DNA of 64,000 nucleotides from an uncultured delta proteobacterium (GCA_963789265.1 CAWBKB010000004.1:224001-288000); one strand, 5' to 3'; shown: positions 9,674 to 20,898, numbered from the stretch's first letter. Numbers and translations are program-made. The notes: a model not told the origin generated them from the letters alone.

Positions 9674-11687
9674 TTGATTGCAAAGATCTTGATCGCTAAC
9701 AGGGGCGAAATCGCTTCAAGGATAATTCGTACGTGCAAACGCATGGGCATCGGCACAGTTGCGATCTATTCAGAGGCTGATTTTCGCTCTCCGTATGTGC
9801 AGGAGGCGGATGAAGCAACATGCGTCGGTGCAAGTCCTTCGCAGGAGTCGTACCTCGTCAGGGAAAGAATCGTTGAAGCAGCCCTTGCCCATAGTTGCCA
9901 GGCAATCCATCCGGGTTACGGTTTTTTGTCCGAGAACTCGAAATTCGCTGAAATGGTGGCCGAAGCCGGTCTTGTTTTTGTCGGCCCTTCCGCGGCCGCA
10001 ATTGCTATGCTGGGGGACAAAGTGGCATCTAAGGCCCTCGCAATACGCGCGGGTGTGCCTGTAGTCCCAGGATACCACGAAGCCCTTGGAGACCCTCAAG
10101 AGGCCGCTGCCATCGCAGTGAAGATCGGGTTCCCCGTCTTGCTGAAACCGGCCGCAGGAGGAGGCGGCCGAGGAATGCGCATCGTAAACTCAAAGGAAGA
10201 GATCGCTCCGGCCCTCGCTGCATGTCGCGAAGAAACGAGAAAAAGCTTTGGGGACGAAAGAATATTCATGGAGCGCTATATTTCCAAGCCGCGCCATATA
10301 GAGATTCAGATTGTAGCCGATCAACATGGCAACGTTGTCCATCTAGGGGAAAGGGAATGCTCAATACAGCGCCGCTATCAGAAGGTTATTGAAGAAACCC
10401 CGTCTCCGGTGGTCGATGAGGCGCTCCGCGAAAGAATGGGCCGAGTCGCCTGCGCCCTCGCCGTTGAAGCCGGGTACACCGAGCGCGGGGACGGTGGAAT
10501 TTATCCTGGACGGGGAAAAGAATTTCTATTTCCTGGAAATGAATACTCGCCTTCAGGTTGAACATCCCGTGACAGAGATGGTGACCGCCGTGGATCTGGT
10601 TGAATTGCAGATCCGTGTCGCCGCGGGGCAGCCGCTGCCCGTCTCGCAAGAAGGCGTGGAAATGAAGGGGTGGGCTATAGAAGCCCGCATTTGCGCCGAA
10701 GATCCGGCCCGGGGCTTTGTCCCCACCACCGGCATGGTTACGCGTTACGCAGTCCCCCGCGGCAAGAATGTGCGAGTGGACAGCGGCATTGACGCGGGAA
10801 GTGTAATAAGCATCTATTACGATTCATTATTGGCCAAGGTGATTGCGTTTGGTGAGAGCAGAGAAGAGGCCAGGAGGACTCTTGTAAGGGCCCTGAACGG
10901 GTACCACATAGAAGGATTGATCACCAATGTTGATTTTGCCAATGCCATCATAGGTCATCCTGCGTTTGCCGCCGGGGAATTGTCTACGGACTTTATCGAG
11001 GAACACTTTGGCGGGGGACAATCCAAGATTCCGCCCGACGGAGAAAAGATTCGTTACATGGTTATAGGGGCTGCATTGATATACCAGACGCGCCAGAGTC
11101 TCGCGCGGCAATCTTTGAAGCCGATGACAGCACTGGTTGGCGGGCCGCCGGCACGGCTCGCTTCTCATCATTACGTCGTGAAAGTCGATGAAGATGTATT
11201 CGAAGTAGAACTCAAAGGGGATCAGGGATCCCGACGCTGGATCGCCCGGGTGAATGACAAATCGTATGAGGTGATCACTCCGGAATTCGAATACTATCGC
11301 CGCCGGCTCAAGCTTAAGATTGACGGCACTTACCGTATGTTCCGTTTTCAGTACAGCGAAAATCACATACAGGGTTTTTTTTGTGGGATTGTTCGCATGA
11401 TCGAAATCTACACTCCGCAGGAATGGAGCCTAACGCATTACATGCCGCGAGAAAAGAAGATCGTTCCGGAGAACGTTCTCAAATGCCCGATGCCCGGCCT
11501 GCTGGTCGCGGTATCTGTTCAAGAGGGTTCTTATGTCCGGCGTGGTGACGAGCTTTTACGCATGGAGTCTATGAAAATGGAAAGCGGTATTGCATCCCCG
11601 GTGGACGGGCAGGTTGAGAAAATCCTTGTTCATTCAGGCCAAACGGTAGAAACGGATGAGACGCTCATGACTTTCAAGCTTTCATGA
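9674..11687 (+). CDS. pccA: Acyl-CoA carboxylase alpha subunit (biotin carboxylase plus biotin carrier), +1 frameshift at about 10481
   Basis: KILIANRGEIA, HPGYGFLSEN, ERECSIQRR, then AGTVEF..FLEMNTRLQVEHPVTE and SMKME biotinylation site in the next frame. Confidence 0.9.
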
Positions 11688-11706
11688 CATCGAAGACTCC
11701 ACAGAG

Positions 11707-11981
11707 GTAACGATTCAGTTATCCGGGCAGGGGGAATCCCGAGCCCTGAAGGTGCGTACCAAGAATAGCCACGGCTGCAAACCCGTGGAACCGGATGCTC
11801 CCAGCCCCGAATCACCGACCCTAACGGGGGCGACCGAACGTGGCGATTCTGGATGAGGTGGACCCTTCCAGGTTCCTTTGGAACCAACGCCGTGCCCTTT
11901 TCCGTGGGTTTACACCCACGGCTACCGTTGGATTGCCCCTTCAGGGCACTGATGACACGCTCCGCTTAACTGAATGCTTAT
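11707..11981. mobile_element. IS66-like MITE remnant enclosing a GCCCTGAAGG...CCTTCAGGGC REP-like repeat
   Basis: Ends GTAACGATTCAGTTA / TAACTGAATGCTTAT resemble the 7486 and 53544 elements; no clean target duplication. Confidence 0.6.
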
Positions 11982-12071
11982 TTCTCGGGTCCCCTTGCGT
12001 TTGAAAATCGGGAGCCTTTCATATATATTCCTATGCCTTTATATGAAGACCATTCTGACACAAGGTATTGA

Positions 12072-13727
12072 ATGCCGGAATTCTTTCGCAAATGTTCATG
12101 GGAGACGGTTGTCCGCATTCTATTTTGGGTGATAGGCCCGCTTATGGCCGCAGTTCTCGCCTATACGACTCGCTATTTCATAAATGGCGATGCAATTGCG
12201 TACATTCAGATGGGAGATGCGCTGAGGCACGGTCAACTCTGGGGGCTAACCAACCTTACGTATAGTCCGGGATACCCTGTGCTCTTGGCGTTGGGCCAGA
12301 TCCTGCTCAACACCAGCCCTCCGAACGAACTGGAAACGCTGAGGATCGTCAATTTCTTTTGCTTTCTCCTGGCTATGGTCTCTTGCGAACTGTTCATGAT
12401 GTTCTGCAAGCGAGAAGGCGCAGCCCTTTCGAGCTCTAATGAACCCTTACTGCCGCGTCCAATCATGAGCCTCCTGTGCTACTCGACTTTTCTGCTGGCT
12501 ACGCTCGTTTGGATAAAAGTGCAGCTTCTGAACCCTGACATGCTCGTGATGGCGCTTATGCTGACCGGTGCCGCGCTTATTCTCTGGATCAGAGAAAATC
12601 CGGCAATTCATAGGTATATTGTTCTTGGGGTGTGTTGTGGAATGGGCTATTACCTCAAATCCTTTTTTTTCATTTTCTCGAGCGTCTTTTTCTTGCTTGC
12701 GGCTCTTTGTGCCCGGACTTATTGGAAAGCGTTATCTCGAACGGCAGTTGCCATTTTGGTCATGCTGCTGGTGGCCTCGCCTCTAATTGCCGCATTGTCG
12801 CACAAACTCGGACGATTCACCTACGGTGAGCTGGGGAAACAGGCGTACGCGTATTTCATTTCCGGCACGGGCAAACCATTTCGCCCCAAATTGATTGACG
12901 AAAAGACGCAAACCTTCTTTTACCTGGGTGGCGATCCAGTCGCCAGGCAGTGTGACATGTGCTACTGGCAAGAAGGAATAGTCCCCAAGTTTGATTTTAA
13001 GGCTCATGCCAAAGTTTTCTTGCACAATCTCATTGATGTGTTCAATGAGCTTCCATTCATTTTTTTGGTGGTTGCCTGGTACTTCGTACAAGTTCGCTTA
13101 TGCTCGTATTCCTTCGCCAGTTCTCATCCACCCTCCTTCTACTTGATTCTCGCATTCATTTCACTGGCGGGAGTGGGTTTCTATACTCTAATACACGTGG
13201 AAACTAGATACATTGCCGGCGCTTTGTTCATTGGTTTTGCGACTCTGGTCATGAGTGTCAGGTGTCCGGCTCGGGCTGACTGGAAGGCCCTGATGCCGTC
13301 AATCCTGTTCCTGTGCCTTCTTTGGCCGCACCTAATTTATTCGGGCGTAGATCAGAGCTTGCGCTCACTGCGATCGACCCCGACAAAACCGTCGTACAAA
13401 GAGAGCTACTTGGAGTTGTACACAGTGAAGAATTTTGTGCTAAGCAACGGATTGAAAAAAGGAAACGAAACAGCCATTCTGGGGGAACCGCCGGTTTACT
13501 GGGCCAGATTTGCGGGTGTACGGATAACGGCGGAAATCCAAGCGCCCAAGGAATTCCTGGCCATCAACGAAAATCAGAGAAAGCATGTTCTGGAAAAGCT
13601 CGATGGTCAGGGAATCAAGGCCGTAGTGGGTAGGGGCGCCTGTCTAAGCGGCCTCGTACGCGAGGGCTGGCGGCATGTGGCAGGTACACGCGATTATTAC
13701 GTGATGTTCATCCATGCGGGTCGCTGA
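12072..13727 (+). CDS. Polytopic membrane protein, probable GT-C glycosyltransferase
   Basis: NGDAIAYIQMG...YSPGYP first loop, PD motif, about 11 TM segments, next to a glycan cluster. Confidence 0.65.
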   Translation: MPEFFRKCSWETVVRILFWVIGPLMAAVLAYTTRYFINGDAIAYIQMGDALRHGQLWGLTNLTYSPGYPVLLALGQILLNTSPPNELETLRIVNFFCFLLAMVSCELFMMFCKREGAALSSSNEPLLPRPIMSLLCYSTFLLATLVWIKVQLLNPDMLVMALMLTGAALILWIRENPAIHRYIVLGVCCGMGYYLKSFFFIFSSVFFLLAALCARTYWKALSRTAVAILVMLLVASPLIAALSHKLGRFTYGELGKQAYAYFISGTGKPFRPKLIDEKTQTFFYLGGDPVARQCDMCYWQEGIVPKFDFKAHAKVFLHNLIDVFNELPFIFLVVAWYFVQVRLCSYSFASSHPPSFYLILAFISLAGVGFYTLIHVETRYIAGALFIGFATLVMSVRCPARADWKALMPSILFLCLLWPHLIYSGVDQSLRSLRSTPTKPSYKESYLELYTVKNFVLSNGLKKGNETAILGEPPVYWARFAGVRITAEIQAPKEFLAINENQRKHVLEKLDGQGIKAVVGRGACLSGLVREGWRHVAGTRDYYVMFIHAGR

Positions 13728-13728
13728 C

Positions 13729-13928
13729 TACTCCTATGCCTAAATTCGGTCGAGCATTCTGGTGTCATTGCCGTTCTCCCCTCAGTGGGACGGGCATCTT
13801 GCCCGTCATTAAGCGACAGGCAGGATGCCTGTCCCACCAAGAATCAAGACCAGACGCCGGATTGGAGTCCAGGCGTCTGATGGATTCAAAGCGTCCGAAA
13901 TAAAGCACCGTATTTAGGAAATCGGTCG
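13729..13928. mobile_element. MITE-like element (TAAATWCGGT terminal family) containing a GTGG REP doublet
   Basis: Ends CCTAAATTCGGT / ACCGTATTTAGG; subterminal sequence shared with 60226-60408; internal GTGGGACGGGCATCTTGCCCGTC...GTCCCAC at 13785-13837. Confidence 0.7.
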
Positions 13929-13940
13929 CTAAACATTCCA

Positions 13941-14657
13941 TTATGCATTTCTCGCCGAAATAAAGAGAGATTGCGCAGACCTCCTGAGAAACGGCACCCG
14001 TTCAAGCATGTCGCCTGCCTTTATAAGGACTGGAATCAGTGAATCAGGCGTGTTGGGTAGAAGAAAGTCGCGATACTCGACTCGAATATGACTGAAGCCG
14101 GCTTCAGCCAGCTTTCTTGCAATCCATTTCCCTGTAAACGCCATTTCCTGGGGCTCCATGCGAATCAGTCTGCGAAGGAGGCCGATCCTGAAAATTAAAA
14201 AAACGACAGGATTATAAAGGTTTGGTTCCCAAAAGATCAGCTCGCCACGGGGTACGAGCAGATTTTTCAGTCTTGGCAGTACATCGTTCAGATCTCCGTA
14301 AAGATGATGAAGTATCCCGTTGCCTACGATGTAATCGAATTGACTGCCGAGTTGCTCCGCCAAATCCGGCCTACTAACGTCAAGAATCTCAAACGATAGG
14401 TTCGGGGCCTGGTGATTGCGGCGGGCTTCGTCGATAAAATCTTTGCAAATGTCGGTAGCCAACACATCAGAGCCCTCATGTTCGGCCAGCAGTTTACTCA
14501 TATAGCCAGTCCCGCACCCCAATTCCAAGATTCTGTGCGGCCGGCTGACATCCATTTCAGCAACCATGCGTTGGCAGCGGCGGTCGCTTCTCAGCTCCCA
14601 CGCCTTGGTGGGAATAAAGCACTGATTGTAGCCTCTATCATCGGCAATTGCGCGCAC
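13941..14657 (-). CDS. Class I SAM-dependent methyltransferase
   Basis: ILELGCGTG motif I, FDYIVGNGILHH, EPN. Confidence 0.9.
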   Translation of the reverse strand: MRAIADDRGYNQCFIPTKAWELRSDRRCQRMVAEMDVSRPHRILELGCGTGYMSKLLAEHEGSDVLATDICKDFIDEARRNHQAPNLSFEILDVSRPDLAEQLGSQFDYIVGNGILHHLYGDLNDVLPRLKNLLVPRGELIFWEPNLYNPVVFLIFRIGLLRRLIRMEPQEMAFTGKWIARKLAEAGFSHIRVEYRDFLLPNTPDSLIPVLIKAGDMLERVPFLRRSAQSLFISARNA

Positions 14658-14685
14658 GACACTCTCCAGGAGAAGGCATGCCTAG

Positions 14686-14815
14686 TACAGGTTTTCGTAA
14701 ATACGGTCGTGGATTTGGGTGCCACTGCTGGCTTGTCCAGCAGTGGCACCCAACCAAAGGCGATTACCCCCACACGAGATGGTATTTCGTGTAATCGTAC
14801 TTAGGAAATAGAGTA
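14686..14815. mobile_element. MITE-like element (TAAATWCGGT family) containing a GGGTGCCACTGCTGG palindrome
   Basis: Ends TACAGGTTTTCGTAAATACGGT / ATCGTACTTAGGAAATAGAGTA flanked by CTAG and CTTAG. Confidence 0.65.
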
Positions 14816-14822
14816 CTTAGCT

Positions 14823-16292
14823 TCATTTCCTCAGCAACCGATCTCTCAGAATTCTCATCAAAAATGGCGGATACAAAAGCCCGTTTCTGAAAAGCAGCGT
14901 ATCCTTCAAAAGGGTGAAAAATTTTGCTCGCATGAATGTGCGGTAAAAGCGCTTCTCCCTTGTCATCAGATCGCTCTCGGAAAAGTCTTTCGTGACAATG
15001 AACGGCTTATACAAGATGTTGTCGTCACTTTCCTCTGTATCAAGAATCGTCCAATCATTCTTGATACAATCTTCATACAACTTGGTGCCCGGCAGAGGGT
15101 TGGCAAAGGCCGCGGCCGCGCCGTTCAGCGGCAAAGTCTTCAGTTGCCGCAGAGTCTTTTCGAATTTTTCCTCTGTTTCTCCGGGCATCCCGATAATGTA
15201 AAAAGCAGTAACTACAAGGCCGATTTCGGCTGCGATTTTGGTTACGCTTTCAATCTTCTCATCAGTAAGCCGTTTTCCTATGACTTTATTTCTTAACTCC
15301 TCATCTCCGCTCTCTATGGCCACGCAGATTCCTTTGCATCCCGCCTGCTTCATCGCGGAGAGGACCTCTTTATCAAGCGTATTAATGGAGATGCCATTGG
15401 GGGTATTCCATCGAATTCTAACTTCGGATCGCAGTATTGCTTCGCATATCTCCATAACCCGAGTTTTGCTGAACGTAAAATTGTCGTCCATAATGAAGAG
15501 GTCCTGGACATTATATTGTTGTTTCAGATGCAGAATTTCACCCAAGACATTTTCAGGGCTCCGCGAACGCCAACGCGGACCGTGTATTTTGTACATACTG
15601 CAGAAATTGCAGCGATTCGGGCATGATCGACTGGTGAGGATCGAAGCGGACCTTTTCAGTCCCAGGCCGTGAAGCACACTCTTCCTAGTCAAATATGCCT
15701 CAAAATCTATGAGGTCACGGGCGGGGAAAGGAATATGGTCCAGATCTTTTATGTATGAATGTTTCGGCGTGATGACTACTTCGCCGTTTCTTGAGAAAGC
15801 GACCCCTTCGATCTTCATAAGGGAGTCAGTGGAATCCGACAGAGCGTTCAATAAATCCAGTAGCGAACGTTCCCCTTCTCCGATCACGCAGTAATCGATT
15901 AAGCCGGTTTTAATGACTTCTTCAGGAAACAATGAAGGATAAGTGCCACCGGCTACAAGGGTTACACCCGGAAATCTTCGCCTGATGTCCCGGGCAAGCC
16001 TCAGAAAGTCGCCTTTCTTCTTGCTGAACATACAGGTTATGCCGATGACGTCAGGTTGATATGTGTCTATCTCCTCAAATGTCTTCTCTGTGGTGAGGCC
16101 GTACCAATACAGGTTTTGATCAACCTTTGTCACACGCTTGTTGGCCAAACAATCCAGGATGCCCACTTTGTGGCTGGAAAACTCTCTGACATAAGACGCC
16201 AAATACAAAAGCCCCAAGGGCTCCGTCACTTGCAGCCAGGGCGTTTGATAGGTAACCGGCGGGTTGACAAGGAGTAGCCTCAAATCAATCAT
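14823..16292 (-). CDS. B12-binding radical SAM protein
   Basis: PLGLLYLASY B12-binding domain, TSRSCPNRCNFC (CxxxCxxC), DDNF, IESG, IIGMPGET. Confidence 0.92.
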   Translation of the reverse strand: MIDLRLLLVNPPVTYQTPWLQVTEPLGLLYLASYVREFSSHKVGILDCLANKRVTKVDQNLYWYGLTTEKTFEEIDTYQPDVIGITCMFSKKKGDFLRLARDIRRRFPGVTLVAGGTYPSLFPEEVIKTGLIDYCVIGEGERSLLDLLNALSDSTDSLMKIEGVAFSRNGEVVITPKHSYIKDLDHIPFPARDLIDFEAYLTRKSVLHGLGLKRSASILTSRSCPNRCNFCSMYKIHGPRWRSRSPENVLGEILHLKQQYNVQDLFIMDDNFTFSKTRVMEICEAILRSEVRIRWNTPNGISINTLDKEVLSAMKQAGCKGICVAIESGDEELRNKVIGKRLTDEKIESVTKIAAEIGLVVTAFYIIGMPGETEEKFEKTLRQLKTLPLNGAAAAFANPLPGTKLYEDCIKNDWTILDTEESDDNILYKPFIVTKDFSESDLMTREKRFYRTFMRAKFFTLLKDTLLFRNGLLYPPFLMRILRDRLLRK

Positions 16293-16313
16293 TCCTCATC
16301 TGCGTAGCCCGGA

Positions 16314-18362
16314 TCAGATAGTTCGCCTCTCGCCATGCCGACCTCGAACAGAAATTTTCGCGAGCTTAATGAACTCAGTAATGTCATCAGGGGAGTCTAT
16401 GATTTCGTTTCCCTTCATGACCCTCGAACGGATGTAACGCGGTCGATTCTTTACCTCTTCAAGCACTTTTCCCAGGTAATCCCCCAATATACTGAGCGAC
16501 AAGAGTTGGATTCCACCCAGTCCCAAGATCAGAATGATGACAGTCGGTATGCCCTTGGCATTTGCCGGTGGATAAAGCAAAGCAGAGCCCAGATAGAACA
16601 GACCCATAACAAGACTGACTGCAAACATGATGGTTCCAAGCGTTTGAATATATTCCAACGGCTTGATGCTGAACGAGAAGATCGCTTTTTTCGCCCACCA
16701 GATATTCTTGAGGAAATTATTTGTTGACCTGCCGAACATCCGCTCGGGCCTCACATACAGAACTCCCGTTTGCCTGAAACCCGCCCAAGCTCTCAGTCCC
16801 CTCAGAAAAATGTCCTTCTCGGGGAACTTAACGATGTAGTCCATTACTTTTCTATCGATTAAAGAAAAGTCTCCTGCATCAACAGGTATTTCTACGTCGG
16901 ACAAATGTCGAAAGACGCGGTAAAACAACTTGTACAGCAATTGTAAGTGCAAAGGCGCGACCCGCCTTGTTCTGATGCCGTAAACCACTTCGAAACCGTC
17001 ATTCCACTTTTTGATGAACTCTGAGATCAACTCCGGTGGGTCTTGAAGATCGCCATCCAACAGCACCACCGCGTCACCGGTAGCGATCTCCATGCCACTC
17101 AAGAATGCGGACTGCGAACCGAAATTACGAGAATGAGAAACCCCTATCACATGAGGGTCCCGGCGGCACAATTGGCAGATCACTTCTTCATCTTCTGTAG
17201 GGCTGCGATCATTGACGAACACTATCTCATATTCTACGCCTTCGGCCTCGAAGACTTTTACGAGCCGCTCGTGCATGATCGGGATCGCTTCATGGTCACG
17301 ATAACAGGCAATGATGGCGGAGATTCGTTTGGTACTTTTCGGGATTGGTGCAAATCGAATGATTTTCCTTGCAGCCGTCTCCCACAGTCCGGCCAGTTTC
17401 AGACCTTCATCAAACGAAATCCGGTGTTGCCATCTCATTTTTTGTAAGGCAAGACTGGGATTGCCGAACCAATCCGATAAGTCCCATTTGCGATTTCCCA
17501 TACTTCCAAATTTGGCCTTTGCCTTCACGTCAAAAATGCGTCCTGCGATCTCGGCAACTTCTTCGAGAGAAGTCTTGGTTCCCGATGCGATGTTGATCGA
17601 GAGCCCCGGTTCCGTCTTGCACACCGTGAGGGCAGCCTTCACCAATGCCCTTAAGCAGTCGTCTATGTATACGAAATCACGTGAAATATTACGATCGACA
17701 AAAGGTGGAAATGTCCCGTCCAAAGCATTTGTCAAAAGCACCGGTATGAGACGGTCACGCTCTTCCCACGGTCCATAAACGGAGTAAAGTCTCAGATTCA
17801 CGCACGGAAAGCCCTTGATTCTGCCGTAGTACTTTACGAGAAACGAACCGGCTGCCTTGGAGACCGCATAATGGCTATTGGGCAGAAGCTCGTCCGATTC
17901 ATCGGGGGCCGAGCAATTCAAGCCGTACTCGGAAGAGCTTCCCGCCTGCACGAAGGCATCACACCCGTGTTCGAGCAAAGTTCGAATCAGATGTAACGTT
18001 CCCAAATAGTTTACATCGTGAATACGAAGCGCATCACTCTGTCTTTCGAATCCGCCGTAAGCGGCCATATTGAATACTGTTCTCGGTTGCAGTTGAGAAA
18101 CGACATCGTCCACCTTGTTCGGATACGTGATGTCCACTGAAAAGCAGCGGTGAAAGCTGTTGGGCGAGTTAGCCAACCTCCAACTGCTCCCTACGTCTCG
18201 GGACACTCCGTAGACATCGTCGCGAAGACTCGACAGCCGGAAAAAAAGGTTTGCGCCTATGAAGCCGGATGCGCCGAAAATAGCGATGGGTCCGGAGAGC
18301 CGCAGGGCATCCTCGCGATCGGCATTATTCCAATGGTCGGGAAATAGGGAATTGTCAGTCAT
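16314..18362 (-). CDS. Fusion of NAD-dependent sugar epimerase/reductase and GtrB-like polyprenol-phosphate glycosyltransferase (GT2 plus 2 TM)
   Basis: GASGFIG and YAVSK in the N-half; HSRNFGSQSA, LDGDLQDPPE, DAGDFSLIDR and two C-terminal TMs; ATG 18362 (longer ORF start lies inside a repeat). Confidence 0.88.
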   Translation of the reverse strand: MTDNSLFPDHWNNADREDALRLSGPIAIFGASGFIGANLFFRLSSLRDDVYGVSRDVGSSWRLANSPNSFHRCFSVDITYPNKVDDVVSQLQPRTVFNMAAYGGFERQSDALRIHDVNYLGTLHLIRTLLEHGCDAFVQAGSSSEYGLNCSAPDESDELLPNSHYAVSKAAGSFLVKYYGRIKGFPCVNLRLYSVYGPWEERDRLIPVLLTNALDGTFPPFVDRNISRDFVYIDDCLRALVKAALTVCKTEPGLSINIASGTKTSLEEVAEIAGRIFDVKAKAKFGSMGNRKWDLSDWFGNPSLALQKMRWQHRISFDEGLKLAGLWETAARKIIRFAPIPKSTKRISAIIACYRDHEAIPIMHERLVKVFEAEGVEYEIVFVNDRSPTEDEEVICQLCRRDPHVIGVSHSRNFGSQSAFLSGMEIATGDAVVLLDGDLQDPPELISEFIKKWNDGFEVVYGIRTRRVAPLHLQLLYKLFYRVFRHLSDVEIPVDAGDFSLIDRKVMDYIVKFPEKDIFLRGLRAWAGFRQTGVLYVRPERMFGRSTNNFLKNIWWAKKAIFSFSIKPLEYIQTLGTIMFAVSLVMGLFYLGSALLYPPANAKGIPTVIILILGLGGIQLLSLSILGDYLGKVLEEVKNRPRYIRSRVMKGNEIIDSPDDITEFIKLAKISVRGRHGERRTI

Positions 18363-18378
18363 GGACGCGGTCCTGTAA

Positions 18379-18626
18379 TACCAATGCGTCATCAAACAAG
18401 TGACAATCTTAAACAGGATATAGTGGGGCATCCCGCGTTCCGCGGGATCACCCCGGACTTCGATCCGGGCTATGTAGGGGCGGACCTGCGTGTCCGCCCA
18501 GGGCAGACACATAGGTCTGCCCCTACAATTGATCCCCGCGTACGCGGGCATGACGACAGGCAATCACGCCCGGGCGTGACTGTCCCACAAAAAACACGGT
18601 TTCACTTGTTCGAAAGCGAATCGATA
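18379..18626. mobile_element. MITE-like element with nested REP-like hairpins
   Basis: Inverted ends TACCAATGCGTCATCAAACAAGTGA / TCACTTGTTCGAAAGCGAATCGATA (18/25 match); internal GTAGGGGCGGACC...CTGCCCCTAC doublet. Confidence 0.65.
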
Positions 18627-18719
18627 TAAAGTGTCTCCGAAAGAGGGTTCGACCTAATAAGAGGAACTCCCCGGACTCTTTGAAACGCCAGACAGAACTA
18701 GCCTGTACCGTTTTACTTT

Positions 18720-19670
18720 TCAATCAGAACTAGCGAGACGGCGGACAAGCTTTCTTGCAGACCTCGCTATCAATTTCGCTGCGATGCCCTCAGCCGAAAG
18801 GCCCGCCTTGTCCCGCAAAAAATGAACACTGCCGCATAAGCACGGCATATCATCCGGGATGCCCAAACGAAGGACTCTGCATGGAAGGCCGTTTTCCGCA
18901 GCCACCTCTGAAACCAAAGATCCAAGGCCACCACACAGGTAGTGCTCTTCAACCGTGGCGACCAGAGGGTACTGTTCGAGCAATCGTGTGAGGTCGTCCA
19001 CAGGTGCCGGTCGCAGCGAAGATACAACCGCCACGGTTGCCTCAAAGCCTTTCTCGGCGAGAATTGCAGCCGCTCGCAGCGCTTCGGAACTTATATTTCC
19101 AATGGATACGATCAAAAGGTCCGGGCCTTCTCTCACGATTTCGAGGCATCCCAGACTGAATCTACCCTCCAAATTCGGCAATATCCAATTGTCCTGCTTG
19201 CTCATTCTATAGTAAATGGGTCCGGAAATGTCATAGGTCTTATGCACGGCACTTACTGCCTGTGCATCGTCGGCCGGAACTATCACTGTGAGCCCCGGTT
19301 GAACCCGCGCTATTGCCAAATCTTCGAGTGCATGGTGCGTGAAGCCCGCGTGGCCGTATTCGAAGCCTCCTCCGATTCCGATGACTCGGACAGGCAAATT
19401 GTGCAGAATCGGTCCGTTCCGCATCTGCTCGTAACCACGCATAGAGGCGAAGGTTGCGATGGAATATACAAAGGGGATGTAGCCCGAAGCTGCCAGGCCC
19501 GTCGCCAAACCGATCATGTTGGCCTCAGCCACTCCGACGTTAAAGAAGCGCGATGGATAGGCTTGGGCAAACTCTTCCAGAACCATGAAACCGAGGTCTG
19601 CGGTCAACAAAATGATCCGATCGTCAGACTCGGCTATTTCGCAAAGCGTCTGAGCAAAAGCACGTCTCAC
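18720..19670 (-). CDS. Transketolase-like protein, C-terminal subunit
   Basis: LTADLG, NVGVAEANMIG, GFTHHALED, VEEH motifs. Confidence 0.9.
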   Translation of the reverse strand: MRRAFAQTLCEIAESDDRIILLTADLGFMVLEEFAQAYPSRFFNVGVAEANMIGLATGLAASGYIPFVYSIATFASMRGYEQMRNGPILHNLPVRVIGIGGGFEYGHAGFTHHALEDLAIARVQPGLTVIVPADDAQAVSAVHKTYDISGPIYYRMSKQDNWILPNLEGRFSLGCLEIVREGPDLLIVSIGNISSEALRAAAILAEKGFEATVAVVSSLRPAPVDDLTRLLEQYPLVATVEEHYLCGGLGSLVSEVAAENGLPCRVLRLGIPDDMPCLCGSVHFLRDKAGLSAEGIAAKLIARSARKLVRRLASSD

Positions 19671-20479
19671 CGGGCGTCGGCCTCCTCGATCTCACGGATT
19701 GCCTGAACATATTGCTCATCGGACAGGGGCATGTAATGCCACTCCACTTTGCCCTCCATGAAGGACACCCCTTTACCGCTGGTGGTATTGGCAATTATTA
19801 CTTTCGGCGGGCCGCCGGCGGTGTCTAGTCCGCGAATTGTCTGCTGAATCTCCGCCCTGTCATGCCCGTCAATTTCGTGAATCTCCCAGCCGAAGGCTGC
19901 CCATTTTTCTCCTATGGGATTCAGGTTAATGATATCCTTGGTCTTACCAAAAGCCTGCTGTCCATTATTGTCGACTATAGCAATCAAGTTGGAAAGATTG
20001 TGATGAGCCGCGAACATGACCGTTTCCCACAAGGATCCTTCATTGCATTCCGCGTCACTGGCCAGCACGAAAATTCGGTAGGACGTCCCGCTCAATCTCG
20101 ACGCCAAGGCCACGCCCGCGCCAATGCTTAGACCGTGGCCGAGAGATCCGGTAGAAAACTCGATGCCTTCAAGAGTATGCTCCGGATGGACCCCCAGCAG
20201 GCTTCCATCGCAGCAGTAGGTCTGTAACTGGTCTCTGTTAAGAGTGCCGTTAAGGCAAAGGGCCGCGTACAGCGCCAGCACGGCATGGCCCTTGGATAGT
20301 ATGAAGCGATCCCGCAACGGGTCATCTGTACCCGGCAAATGCAATTCACTTTCAAACAGCACAGCAATAATATCGGCCACGGACAGGGCCGAACCTATAT
20401 GTCCAACATGGGCTCGTTTGGACTCTTCAATGATGATCCTGCGAACACTGTTCGGGGGAAACTGTGAATATGCGGTCAT
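19667..20479 (-). CDS. Transketolase-like protein, N-terminal TPP-binding subunit
   Basis: GHIGSALS, DRFILSKGHA, TGSLGHGL, SDAECNEG..DNN; ATG at 20479. Confidence 0.9.
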   Translation of the reverse strand: MTAYSQFPPNSVRRIIIEESKRAHVGHIGSALSVADIIAVLFESELHLPGTDDPLRDRFILSKGHAVLALYAALCLNGTLNRDQLQTYCCDGSLLGVHPEHTLEGIEFSTGSLGHGLSIGAGVALASRLSGTSYRIFVLASDAECNEGSLWETVMFAAHHNLSNLIAIVDNNGQQAFGKTKDIINLNPIGEKWAAFGWEIHEIDGHDRAEIQQTIRGLDTAGGPPKVIIANTTSGKGVSFMEGKVEWHYMPLSDEQYVQAIREIEEADAR

Positions 20480-20898
20480 GCGGTCTCGGACCCTGTTGAA
20501 CCTCTGATAGGATACGGATGTTTGGTCGGCGGCAAATTTACTCCACTCATACCAAGCCTCTATCCCATTTTGCAGGAGCACGTTAGCAGCATATCGGCGA
20601 TCCCGTCAATAGGAAAGGCCGGATCACCTTGTAATCTAATGGCTTGTCCCGTAATGGGCACTCAGGGGCCTGAGTCGTTGCGAAAAGCCGCCCATGAGGG
20701 AGATTCAACCAGTGATAACACACGAGCCGTGGCACTTCAATCCATCAAAAATTGGTATTTTATATTGAGAACGAATCAGGGTTCGTCCGGCAGTTTTACG
20801 GTCTCTTGCAGAAATCGCCGCCTTTCCACGCTCAGCGAGATCCGCGTATTCCGGGCCTGAGCGATGTGACACGGAGGGAGGAGGATGCAGCGAGCATT

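Noticed and set aside
10470..10500. Programmed frameshifting in pccA and the other split genes
   Set aside because: No shared slippery sequence or stimulator; these families are normally single-frame, and sequencing error is simpler.
18363..18563. 67-aa N-terminal extension of the epimerase-GT ORF
   Set aside because: It is translated MITE/REP sequence; ATG 18362 has an AGGA upstream and sits just before the Rossmann motif.
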